NCBI GenBank assembly: GCA_964035545.1
Contig: OZ037765.1
Span: 21,018,995-21,082,994 of the forward strand
Direction: 5' to 3'
DNA length: 64,000 nucleotides
DNA from: Bugula neritina
Taxonomy: Eukaryota; Animalia; Bryozoa
The translations under genes and the position numbers were made by a program. Shown here in pieces: positions 37,705 to 50,200 of the stretch; the first letter of the stretch is position 1, and every line of letters begins with the position of its first letter. Below the pieces are notes generated by a model. That model had not been told where the DNA came from. It searched no databases and saw only the letters and a list, made by a program, of their open reading frames with translations.

Positions 37705-40700
37705 ATGGGATCGGGTGACAGAGAAGATTCAGTAAAATCACTAACTAGAAATATTAATGTAAGTGTACACATGTTTATGTTAGTGTTAGCTTTTCATCCA
37801 TTTCTATTTTATATGTTGTCAGCATTTCCTGCAATGTAACAGACAAATTTAGTTATTCCATTTTGTATTATGATTAATAATTTTTGTGATTATATTGGTA
37901 AAGTAACTGCTATTCATATGTGAAGAGAGTAAATAGGAAGTATGTTTGTTTGGTTTACTCTGCTGATAATAATGGTATCTATCTTTGAGTGATCACCTCA
38001 AGTGCTTTAGTAGCTCAAATCTCTATTTCTTACCTTATACTAGTTGAAAGATATTGTCCTTTTAGCTTGCACTAGGCTATGTTGCAATCAGTTTGTGCTG
38101 CTAATGTTTTATTTATGGTTTATTTTGTGGTTTAGCTGCCGCTCTATGATGACCATGATGCGAATCATACAAAGTCACATGAGGAGGTCTCTGCTGCCGT
38201 TTCAGCTGTGGAATCTTGTGTAAGATCTGTCAGGATGAAGGCCACCGGAGTCCTTGACACTATCGATGTAAGTTTTTACAGCATACGATATGTTAAAAAG
38301 TTCAACATACATGCAAAGGTCGTTCCATGCCAACTCAACCAAATTTCAGGGGTCCCCACTTTTGCGTCTCAAAAAGTAGAAATCACAAATTTTCATCAAA
38401 ATATTTTTCACCCTTTGTTCGCAAAAATAGTCATTTCTCAAAACCTTTTTGGGTCAGGGCAGAATCATTTAAAAATAGTACTCGGGACTTGTGTAGGTCT
38501 ATTTGTTGCGAATATGAACAAAATTTGTTGAGTTGGCATAAAATGATCTGCAAGTATGTCTATACTAATAATCCTACGCAGCATCAGTATTTACCTGGGT
38601 TACATAATATAGCTTTAGTTTCTTCAAAGATTTCAATATTTATTGATCTGGTCTTCTGTCTATATGTATCCAGGAACATCATGTGTAATTAGCAACTCAG
38701 CTATGTTCTCAAATGTTGTCCAACATTTATACGAGTATAAGCAAAGAAGCATTTTTTCTTAATCAAATTCTTACTTACTTGGTAGGTTGCAAAGAAAAAA
38801 CTTTAATGTAATATTTTTATCAGGTTTTATTTATTATTTTTGTTATTTTGCTCCGATAACTTATAATGCTTTAAGCATGAGATTGAGTTTCATAAGGATT
38901 CTTGCACTTTGTAATAACTCTAATAGCTCTAATAGATTTCTTACTAAATGGTAAAGTGAAAGTCAATGTGTATGTTTAATCTTTCTGGTTTCATGTCACT
39001 TAGAAAAAGTCAGCACCATAAGTCTGTATTTTAGAAAGTGAACAGCAATGTGACTACGAAGTACTACACAGCTAAGGCACACACCAATGGGGTTCTAGAC
39101 TTCTTTAGAAATGAGCCGTCCCTCTGGCAAAGATGTGGTATTGTTGCTGTCGCTGGTTTAACAGGCTTCATCTCGGGATATAAACGTCAGTAGCCCCATA
39201 GTCTTGGTTATCAGCTCCATTTATTTTCTATGCTTTGTTGGTGTAAAAGCTCAACTCATTCAACACAAGTATATGTCACATTTCTGCAATAAGTTTTTGT
39301 TTTTTTACAAATTTTTAACTGCTGTTCTGCTAATCAATTTTGCTTTGGCTGCTACAGAAATATAGTTTGTTGCTGCGGGACCTTTCAAAGGCCTCCCACA
39401 TGTGGAGTATTTTATCAATTGGTTACTCAGCTTTACTGATTCAGGTGGAGGTATCGTGAAGACGAGAAATATGTTACTGGCAGCCGGTGCTGCGGGGGCC
39501 GTGTGCTGGCCAAAGGAAACCGTAGAAACTGTCTCTATGGGATATGACTATGTCAAAGAACCTGTTGTTAAAGCATGGGCTGAATATGGTTAGTCATGTA
39601 CTATTGTGAAGTATAACAGTCAGTGTGCTGTGCATTCTCATGCTCAAAGTCCTTTGTATACTTGTATATGTGTTTCAGTTAGTCATCTATCAGCAAGGAA
39701 AGGGCAGATAATTCTCATTTTAAGCTATCGGCTAACATCTGAAAAAAAGTTTAATGAATTAACTTTGCTTTGGGCAGTGTAATGGAGCCAGAATTTTCAA
39801 GTGCGCATTGCTATAAGCATTTAGGTTTTGCAGTGACTAATGCACAAGATATCAAAAGGTAGAATTGCACAATATGAAAGTTTTTGTTATGTAAAAGTGA
39901 AATTTCAACAATGAAATAAATAAATTATTCATTTTTTTTCAGATATTAGTTTTTGTTTATTACTAATGAAATGTGTTCAAAAATTTGACTATGTGTCCGA
40001 GATTATAATATTTAAATAATTTTCATTCAGCACTAGTAAATGTTAATAATATTACCAGGTGTCTTAGTTGTGTAATATTTGAATATAGCCTGTAGGTATT
40101 AGCTTTCTGGACTAGTCACACTGATTGCATTTATTTGTTTTCATTACCGATTATTTATACTTGTGTACTATATATACTACCTACTAGACTAGTTATTACT
40201 AAACAGTCACTTTATATAAATAACATGCAATCTTTACAGAAAAGATGATTTTACACTCCAGTTTTTCGGTGCTTTTTATTGACAGTCATTCAATACTGTT
40301 TTTGTGTCAATAGATAACTTGCATCTGTATTCTGTATGCATATATTACTCTTATAACCTATTGGCATATCAGTAGGCATAATTTGGTTAAGCGAATTTTA
40401 TCATTTCATGTAATAGTTTATTATAATGATCATGCCTATAACTGCATTGCCTTACATTCTATACTATGTATTGCCTTTTGTGACATTTCAGCACCTGGCT
40501 CTTCATATTGGCCAACAAATACTGCAACACCAGCTCCTCCAAGTTATTACAGCCACAGAAAGGTATTCTTCTATGATTTTCTATTTGTTCAAAAAGTATG
40601 AAACGAAGTGATTTTATTTATTTATATATTCTGTAATAGTGAGGCTTGTTTGCAATTAAAAACGTTTTTGTTTTTTTTTAACTTTATTCTATTGGCACAA

Positions 40701-40846
40701 TTTTCAAAAGTATCTTGCTATAAAATTTGCAGGTTATGAAGTGGTTAAAATAACTATTAGTTTTGTTTTGTTGCTGTTAGGTTGCAGAAGATCATGGGCA
40801 GTCAAGATCTGAAGACCGGGATATGTATTCCACCAGAGGCTCTTAG
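37705..40846 (+). CDS. APOOL: MICOS complex subunit MIC26/MIC27 (apolipoprotein O family), about 205 aa
   Basis: Exons 37705-37758, 38136-38267, 39035-39185, 39445-39588, 40492-40562 and 40781-40846. LPLY motif, Gly-rich TM hairpin (CGIVAVAGLTGFISGYKRGG...LLAAGAAGAVCWP) and the characteristic C-terminus DHGQSRSEDRDMYSTRGS*. The start exon is less certain. Confidence 0.9.
38317..38549. mobile_element. Non-autonomous DNA transposon (233 bp) with about 26-bp imperfect TIRs and 4-bp TSD GCAA
   Basis: GCAA-AGGTCGTTCCATGCCAACTCAACCAAA ... TTTGTTGAGTTGGCATAAAATGATCT-GCAA, in the intron after MIC27 exon 38136-38267. Confidence 0.85.
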
Positions 40847-41607
40847 TTGAAGCCTCCTTTTATACTCGCTTATTAAATGTCATGATTTTTGCACTGTGCT
40901 GGTATTACAGTTTTGCTGTGTCGCCATTATGACTTGAAAGTTGCTATTTATAAACTATCTCATTATTTTTATAACAAACCTGAAAAATAGCAGTCAGGTC
41001 TTGCATCTAATGCTGTTGTTTTTATTAGTGAAGCTGCCACTTTTGTGTAGTAGAAAATTAATTTAGTTTTGATTGTTTCAAATGTCATTTTTAAAATAAA
41101 TTTTCGTTTTATTGTACTTGGTCTCTGTTCTTTGGGTAAATCTGATGCTTCAGCTGTACACAACTGTTTATGCATGTGAATAATATTCACACATTATTAT
41201 TTATAATCATTCAGGACATTGAGCAAAAGTTGTAATCAAAATGCCTTAAATTAGAAAGTGTGCACTAAGTAACGATATATGTGTATTGTATAACTTCATT
41301 TTCATCAGTAAAATATTTTGGCCAACCTGTTCAAATTAACATGTGCTTATAAGCAGACAATTATGGACGTTTTGCTAATAATTGGTACTTTCTTCAATAA
41401 TTAATAATAAAACGGAGTTTGGATGCTTTTGGCAGCTCTATGATTCTTAAACTTCTCTTGAATTATATTTTTAATGGGCATTTTGCATTAAAATAAAATC
41501 TACAACAATTTTGTGATGATGTCATGGAATTTTATTTGGAAATATGATTTTTAAATGGTATCTTCATCTTATGGCTTGTGGATAAATTCAATAATTAACC
41601 ATAGATA

Positions 41608-44600
41608 ATGTCGTTCTGCCCAGCTCCTAAAAAAGTAGAAACGATCAAAGCATGTAGCTCTGGTATGTGGACCATTTCGGTAATCTACTACAATAATGAT
41701 CAAACTGCAAGGGAAGTTTGCAGCAATCTAAAAACCTGCTGTATCACTGCGATATTAAAGAAACTATTAAGTTTTACAAAGTTTTTTTTTTAAGTATTTC
41801 AATGGCTTTTAGTTATTTTAGTATTTTTCATGTAGTACCACAATACTTTAACTCTCTAATTATATTTTAGAACCTAAACCTGTATGGCAATGGCTGGTTC
41901 AGAATCGAGAGAAAGTAGGAGTGGCAGCTATCATAACCTCGGCTTGTGCTTTATTTACAAAAAGTATGGTATATAGTTATCAAGTAGTTTCTCTATCATA
42001 TATAAATTAAGTTTTGTGCTGTGTGGGCAACAACTTGCTGTCTTTTGGATAAACTGTATAAGTTATTGTTTTGTAAATGGTTTATCAATTTATATACCTG
42101 TTTTTACCTGTTGTATTTATAGGACATGCCAAACCCCTCGTTCTCAGTATTGCAGGTCTTACTGTTGTTGGTCAGACTGTGCTGTTCTATGAGCACAAAC
42201 TAATGGACATAAAGATCAGACATATCAAGCCATGCACCAGCATATTCGACACTTTCAGTAAGTCTCTTGTGACAAGTATAAACAGTTTGATGTAGGATAC
42301 TTTTCATGGTTAAAACTGTGGAAATCTTTTTGTAAAAGCATCAGCCATGTTGTTTGGTAAAGATTTCTCAAGCATTTAATACACTGGAGTTGACCTGATT
42401 TTCCGATTTAATAATTTTGTAACTTGTTGTGCACCGCATAATGATAGGTTATAGCAATATGTTAAAGGGCAGCTTATTGGCCGTGTGGTAATTGCAGCTA
42501 ATGTGTAGCCGTGCATCTTAGCTACAGTTCATAGAAAAAAGTCCACTCGAAATGTTGTTGTACATGTTACTAAAGTTTTTTTCTGATAAAAGTTCCTCTG
42601 AAATGAAAATAAAAAACATTTTTAGTTCTAAACAGTAATGATAATGGCATGGTAAAATCGACTGATATCCGTTTTATTTTGCCTTCCTCTGCTATCCGTG
42701 GTGGCACAAACTGTACAGCTAAAACATGAATTTTGCTGTGGATCTGAAAAAATATTTTTATTTATTTGTAATATTAAATAAATAGAGATCAGATGCAACA
42801 AAATCCGCAAAGTTTCAATATATTTGTTGTGTCCCACCCAGTGGCCCACTGTACCCCGGTACCGGGGCACAATGGGCCGATTTTTTCGTCATGAAAATTT
42901 CATTATTCTGAAAGTTGTGAGGGAGATAGAAACAACAAACTGATACCTATAATAGACTACAGATGCAGCATTAAGACTAGAGATTATTGAACTAATAACT
43001 TGAAAAACAGACACATGAGAGCAAAAATTGCAATATTCGACCCGTTGTGCCCCCCCCTCCCTCCCCCCCCCCGTTACCCCTATATATATTTAAAGACACT
43101 AGTATAATATTATTATAGGTCATCTAATTTATGCTGTCTGTATTCATACATAATCATTTAAAGATGTACTATAGCAATATTATATATATACTATGCTAAT
43201 ATTATAAAAATCATTACATATTAGTATAAAATAGAGGTAAAAACTGTAACAGCATATAAGCATATGCAATTGGCTTTTATTATATAACTGTGCTTTTTTA
43301 TTGTCTGTGGACTGATATAAATTTTTCTCAAAAGAAGAAAAAGCCTGTGGCTATATCTTATACAGGTTACCAAGAAAAGAATAATAATTTTCAAAGGTTT
43401 AAACAATAAAACATGCAGGGAGAACTAAAACTGAAACCAGCCCTACATTGTTAAATTGCATGAAATATATATCACTTATATAATATATGTTAAATAGTGT
43501 ATAACATCTTAATTGTAGGATTTACAATCCCTCCAACTTGCAATATACAACCTCGAGAGCAGCCACTAGTGTTTTATGATAAGGAGCCAATTAAGGTAAG
43601 AGCACTTACTACTTACTATACATGTAACAAAACGGACAAGGATTGGCTTTCTGAGATATAAAATGGAGCAACAATGTTAATAAAATGCTTGGAGTTTCTT
43701 AGCCTTTGTGATATTAAATTTTTTAGCAATATAGAATTATCTTTCCTCTTCAGTTAATTGGAGAAAATCCTTTTAGGGATTATAGTAAAATCTAAAGAGC
43801 AATTTTTCATGTTTAGTTGTATGAATTAACATTGAAAAGCTGCAAAATTTTAAAGCAATTTTGCCCATACTAAAATTGTTGACAGCTTATATCATTTTGC
43901 TTCACGGATACTAAACAAATTTCAGGTGAGGACAACTTTATAAGTCGTTTGATTTCTTGCAACTGAAAGCTTACAATACAAATATATTATTATATTATAC
44001 TGTATAATGTATATACAAACTAACAAACGTGCACAGAGCTTGCCCATAATGTCTATTATATATAATAAAATTTTACATTCTTAAATTTAGTCTTGCACAT
44101 TAGTATATTCCATGCTTGTAGTTAAATTAGTTGAGAGATGCTGGATAATTAGGTCTTGGAAAATTTTGGAATGAGCAATGTTCAGTAACTCAGGTGTCAA
44201 ACAGCCATCTTTAAAATTAGCAATGGCTAGTTTTTCATCAGTAGCTTCGAGGTCTGACTCATCCATGGGATATGGAATCAACAACTGACTGAATCTTATT
44301 TTATTCAGGATCACATGATTAAATCAGCCAAGAAGTTTTCAGATGAATTTGAAAGACTAAACATATATAAGCCAAATTTGATACATTTGAGAAAATGATT
44401 GAATGATTAGGCAAAAATATTGAAAGATATAACTCAAATCTGCTCAAGTGATAATCTTTGCATAGTTGTTAGTTGGGGAAAGGTTATTTTATCTCCAAGG
44501 TTTATTTGCAAGCTGTGCTATGCAATACAGCAAGAGCAAGTTTTCTTTTGTTTACATGAAAGAAATTTTAACACAATATCTTATGAGTGCAATAGTCCAC

Positions 44601-45383
44601 TTTGCTTGTATTTTGCAACCAAATGCAATCAAAATTGATCACTCTAACCACTAGTGATAAAGTTTTGCTCAAGTTTGTTGCCTTCAACCAAGCTATAAAA
44701 TTTTAATTTATTCAGTGGCCACTGATTGATGAAGTTTTGTAGTAAATTTCATGAGGTTGTGTTGAATGTGAAAGGGCTGTGTCATCAGGGAATTATATTT
44801 CTCACATTAACAGTGGTCAATCTTTCTTTGCCTGTGAACTCAAAATGTCTATAAACGTGTTGCATGAACTAAGAAGGTGAATGCAAGACATGTGCTTTCA
44901 TTCAAACTTGATTAGTCCCCCCCCTCCAGTGGTTTCCCTCATTTTATTTGGGTTTTCAAAATAGGGAAATGTGTAGAGTTGTGGGTCATTTTTAGTACTC
45001 AAAATAAGTTTGAAGATCCGTTTATTTTTCTCACTGAATATTGTTTTTAGATAGCCAGATAGTCTGGATTTCTTCACTAACTTATTCAACATTGTCTAAT
45101 ATAATCCCAAATTCAAGTGTCTAAAATCTAACATTATATAAATTATATTAAAAATATGATCAATATTGAATTATATTGAAATTGATATATTATTTGGATA
45201 ACATTTAAGCAAAATATCAGCTAATACATATTTTTATAGCCAATACCTGATGATGGGTGGTACAAGAATTTACCTTACACTAACAAGCCACCTCCCTGCA
45301 AGAAAAAACTAGAGAAGAAAGTCATGGAAGATGTGCACAAGCCCAAAGAGTATGGAAACAATGATGGGGAATGCAACTACTAA
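41608..45383 (+). CDS. Two-TM protein of about 167 aa; probable diverged tandem paralogue of MIC26/27
   Basis: Phase-compatible exons 41608-41662, 41871-41963, 42123-42257, 43519-43595 and 45240-45383 give MSFCPAPKK...VWQWLVQNREKVGVAAIITSACALFTKR|HAKPLVLSIAGLTVVGQTVLFYEHKL...KEYGNNDGECNY*. An alternative in-frame last exon is possible at 43754-43795. Confidence 0.75.
42853..43080. mobile_element. Small MITE-like element (possibly Tc1/mariner-pogo type), flanked by TA
   Basis: GGGGCACAATGGGCCG near 42864 is mirrored by CGACCCGTTGTGCCCC near 43038. Ends are TA-CCCCGGTACC and CCGTTACCCC-TA. Confidence 0.6.
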
Positions 45384-47233
45384 TTTCTTTTTTGTTGTCA
45401 ATCCATTCTAATAATGATAGGATTTATTGTCAATTGTTCTGTTATACGACTCAAACATGTATCACAGCTTTTCTCGTTGGCTTTGGTGAAGCATCTTTAA
45501 GTAGAATTTGTTTATATTAGTTCATAGTAGAATATATGCTGTGATATAAGCCTTTTAGCTTTTTAGACTGATTAATTATAGTTAATATTTGTTTGCAAAA
45601 TAAAAAAAATCAATTACCTTTCCAAGTAATATTATCAACCGAAATATCTTTGACTATATTAGACAAAAAATAAGAGCAGCGTTTAGTTGTTTTTTCCCAA
45701 TCTGGTAGCAAAAACTATTTACTGTATAACCTAAGCTTTGTTCATTAAATAAATGCAATAATATTAAAAACTTGATGTGCAATTATTGATTAATGAAGTA
45801 TTATACTTTGGAGTTCCTTTTCAAGTGACTTTATATGCTTTTATATGTATTATAAATTATCATTTAATGACGAAAAAATGACCACCTAATTAATTATAGT
45901 ACCTTTTATGATTAGAGTCCTAGCCTGGAGTATAGTGAAATAAAAAGAATTGCGGCCTTCAATTTTCTGGCTAGGGAGTTTTCCCATATTCCAATTCAAC
46001 ATTTAATCAAATATTAAGATCCATATATCTTTCACTACAATGCAAGCTTATAATAATCTGCAGTTTGAGAAGATCAGCTGCACTGGTTGTGTTTTTATCT
46101 CACTGCAGTTTCACCTTTGTTGAAGCTTTGAATGTTGAAAAAACTTGATGATTAAATATAATCTGTAAACCGCAGGGTAATGAAAATTATGACTCAATAG
46201 TACATACAGTATAACTCTTGTAATTAACACCTGGTTTAGAGATCTGCTGGCAATTTAGTACGTGCTGTGTGTTCACAAGCTAATATAAAAAATGCTGGCG
46301 ATAAATCATTTGTGTGAAAAGGTTACCAGTTTTGGCTGAAACCTTGCATTTAGCTTGATATAAATTAGATGTAGTTTGAACATTTCGGCTTTAATTTGGG
46401 CGTTTCAATTTTGGGAATCACCACAGGGCACATTTGTTTGTAATTCTGCGCTAAAATATACCTCAGCTTGTCTGTCTTATAAAAAGCAGTATGGTAATGT
46501 TTTTTATTATTTAGAATTATGATGCTTTGTTGAACCTTTTATAATAATTATACATGCATTGGTCTTATATTTGGGGATGAAGTTTGGTAACATCCGGTAA
46601 AGCAGTAGTTATGAGGTAAAAATGAGTAACTAAGTACATATAAATGGATGGTAAATGTCCACAAGAAACATTTACTAAGAGAAAAATTCTGAAATCACTA
46701 ATAGATCTCAGTCTTCACTACATTGGCAACCTATTCCTGGTACCTCATGATTTCACCTTTTCAATAATTACTAAAATATGTTTTCAGTATCTTCACATGA
46801 CATTTTTATCATAGGTCATCCTTTCCTGATCTATAGGCGACCAAGCTCTTTGTTTCATCTGAGTAAGGCTGTACTAATTGCAACCATTCAGTGGCTTTAG
46901 AAATGGGAATTAATCTGATATTAATCTAAACCGGGTTCCGCTTTGATCATCACTAGTTATGCTCCTCCCACCTGTCACTCACAGCAGTAAAATTATGCTC
47001 GGTTGGTTGTCATGCGCTCGTCATAACGCAGTCGCTGTTCATTGCGCATCTTACGCTGTGGTCCTATTATCGAGAAGAACTACTCTTGCCAGAACGGAGT
47101 ATTGCTTTTCTTGTGACTTCGTTAAAATTCATTTGCCGGAACCATATTGCTCATAATTTAGAAATACAGAGCTGATCTCAGTTTGGATCTATAACATTAA
47201 CTATAAGTTTAAGTATATTATTATTTGCATTAC

Positions 47234-50200
47234 ATGGAGCACTGGCTGCTTGGTTGCTTCATGGCTAGAATGATGCTGTTGCTAATGCTGGTTGTAGGAC
47301 TGGGAGGTGTTGCTGGTATGTTAGTTTTTAAATTCAAATTATTTATCAGACTTGTAGTTACTATAATTTTCGTACATTTTTAAACACACATGTGTGGTGG
47401 TAATAATTAGTTTTACACTGATAGTTGCTACTTTAAAATGTTACTTACCAAAATTTAAATCAATAAATTTAATAGTCTTGCGGAATGTGCTAGTCTATTT
47501 CAATGTGCCAATGTTGGATGTGTACTTCAAATGAAGAATACTAATGGAATGTGCTTATTGATGAACCGCTGTACTATAGCCATAGGGTAAAACTGAGAGT
47601 ATATGCAATATGAAGAATGTGTATCTGTAAATATATGTACTATTACTACACTGCAGGGCATGACTTAAACATAGAGATATTTGGAGAAATGATTGTTCCA
47701 AATGCTGCCTCGAAAGACATGCAACTGTCTGTAAGTTTGAATCACCACTACTAGTACTACCATCCTTATGCCCAGTTACTGTAGGGAGGGGGCAATTCTA
47801 ATGGTAATAGCAGCATATGAGTGGTGGCGTTTATTATTACTATTATATGTCTATTAGACAAGTTCATAGAAGTGTCATGAATAGGACATCCTCATAAACC
47901 GTGCATGATTCTTCATAAAGGGCTAAATTTAAAGTCTAATAATTATAATACACATTTAAATCATGTCTTTGCATGGACAGCAGGCTGATCATAAACCATA
48001 GTTTTTATTATAGTTTATCATCTGCTATCACCTGTTCTCACAAAATGCTTGGTGACTGTAGAGAACTGCCATAGCTGGCCTGTATTCTATGTCAAGCTCC
48101 AACCTCTATCACTCTGGAAAGGTTCATAGTTCAACATTGTAGGCCAATTATCCAACAAAAACAACCAACAGCTCTGTTTTGCCAGGCTTCAAGCTGTAAA
48201 CTCAGAATGATTGCAATAACCAACCTTCAGCTTTTCAAACTACAAAATCTATTGAGGTGTCCTTTGAGTAATAAAAAAGCCAATTTCATAAAACTTCAAC
48301 TTCATTTGAAAACAGAATAATAGAGTTTTTCTGACATGGCTTATTGCAATTATGATTTCCTACATTCCCTACATGCTTACAGCAGATAACACCAGAATTG
48401 TAGCTAATAATCCTTTTAATTTTGCACTTATCTCCCTCTGCAGATATGTAATTTTCTTAAACTTTTATTAGGATAAGCCATGACTGGGATAGTCTAATCT
48501 GTACTAATCTTAATATTAGTCAGATCACTTGATCTTCAGAATAACTTTTCAAACTTTATTCTTTATTAGCAGGAATTTAAAGTTTCTTTTTTGTTTTTGA
48601 GTGTAAATTTATTTATTGATCATTTAGGAGCAGTAATGGAGAAATTGAGATAGCCTAAGACCTAAGTTCTTTAACTTTTTTATTAAACTTCGGTTTGGGG
48701 CTTGGTTGAAATTCTCTAAAGAACATAACTTCTTATGCTACATTTCTAATCTAGAACACAAGCTTTTCTCAATTTCTCCAATACTGCACCTACCTCGTAT
48801 TGGTAAAGGCTTTATATTATATTAGTTCTATTGTAAAATTTATAGAGACATCAATTAGCTTTGGTGAAAATAGGATGCTCGTCTAATTAGTGTAATATTG
48901 TGTTTAATTAAAACTAATTTGGGTGTTGAAAGTATCCACCCAGACTGTAACTCAAAACCCTTATTATGTTAGTTGGAAGTAGAATCATTTGTATTCTTGG
49001 CTGTGCAGTCTGCTGTTGATTATCAAGAGAAAGAGAGAATTTTAAGTAGCATTTGAGTAGCAAAGTTTGACATCTAGCCAGAAATTGCCACCTATGTTGT
49101 TTGTTGGTTGTACCATTCAGAGATGTGACAGCTTTTCACAAAATAGATTTCACTTATATAGCATATATTTATATATGCTATATATCGAATATATATTTCA
49201 CTTGTTAAGTTAGCAAAAATTTCTATTTTTTCTTTAGAGAACTCAGTAGGTGCAATACCTATTATCTCCCTTTAGTAATGAAACTCATTTTAATGCTAAT
49301 TTCTCATTGTCAATCAGGCTTTGTGTTGGTGAAAATCTGAATCATTTATTACTACTAATCATGAAGAATAATGATGAATATCAGGCTTTTCAGTCATACT
49401 GATAATTTCCGTAATTACATAACATTAATCATATACAAACCTGATTATACCTTTATATTTCAATTATCGCTTGCTTTTAAGAATGGACTGTAATGATATC
49501 GCTAACCACATTTCTTATAGGAAGGGTAGGTGCTTCCCCTAGACCGCTGAATGATCATTCATGAGAATAAATTTTCAATTTGGGTGTGCAGTGATTATAT
49601 CTTAAGGTGAAAGTAACATGACCCACCTTTTCCCTCTAATTATATAATTATAACTATCAGGGTCTTTTTTAGCCTTTCCCTATGCTTTGTACATTATACA
49701 ATCACTAAATGTCTATTATATTGCTTTTGCTGTAGGTTTTAACCAAGCTGCTACAGGGTGTCAACGTGATGGAAAAATGTGTGGATTTCCATGTTAAATT
49801 TAGGTAAGAAAAAGTTCTCTATTTTATTCAGCTGCATATTTTTAATGCAATTGTATACAAGGTGTTATTTTTCAAAATAAATGTTTTTAGTTTGTTTTAA
49901 AATATGTATGAACCACTTTCGGTTTGGTGTATGTGTTGTTACAATGGTTTTTTAGGGATGGTAGCGGAATTAGTAATGAGTCTTTTGCTAATTATACACT
50001 GGTGGTTAAACAGAGTCGGTGTGACATCAATTCCGACGTTGTAAGCATTAGTAAGATCTCTAATCTTGGAATCTCATCTGTGAATATCAATGTGGATAAC
50101 ACTGCGGAATTCTGGAGAGGTAAGTGTTTCCCCATAATAGATTACTGTTACCATATCCTTGGGTGTGTCGTTGGTATTTGACAAAGAATGCTCATTGTTC

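Noticed and set aside
37497-37735. Possible upstream ORF MLAFVRG|LSVAKQWDRVTEKIQ* and micro-exon-like AG..GT pairs before the MIC27 start
   Set aside because: Depends on unverified splice choices, and some implied introns are implausibly short.
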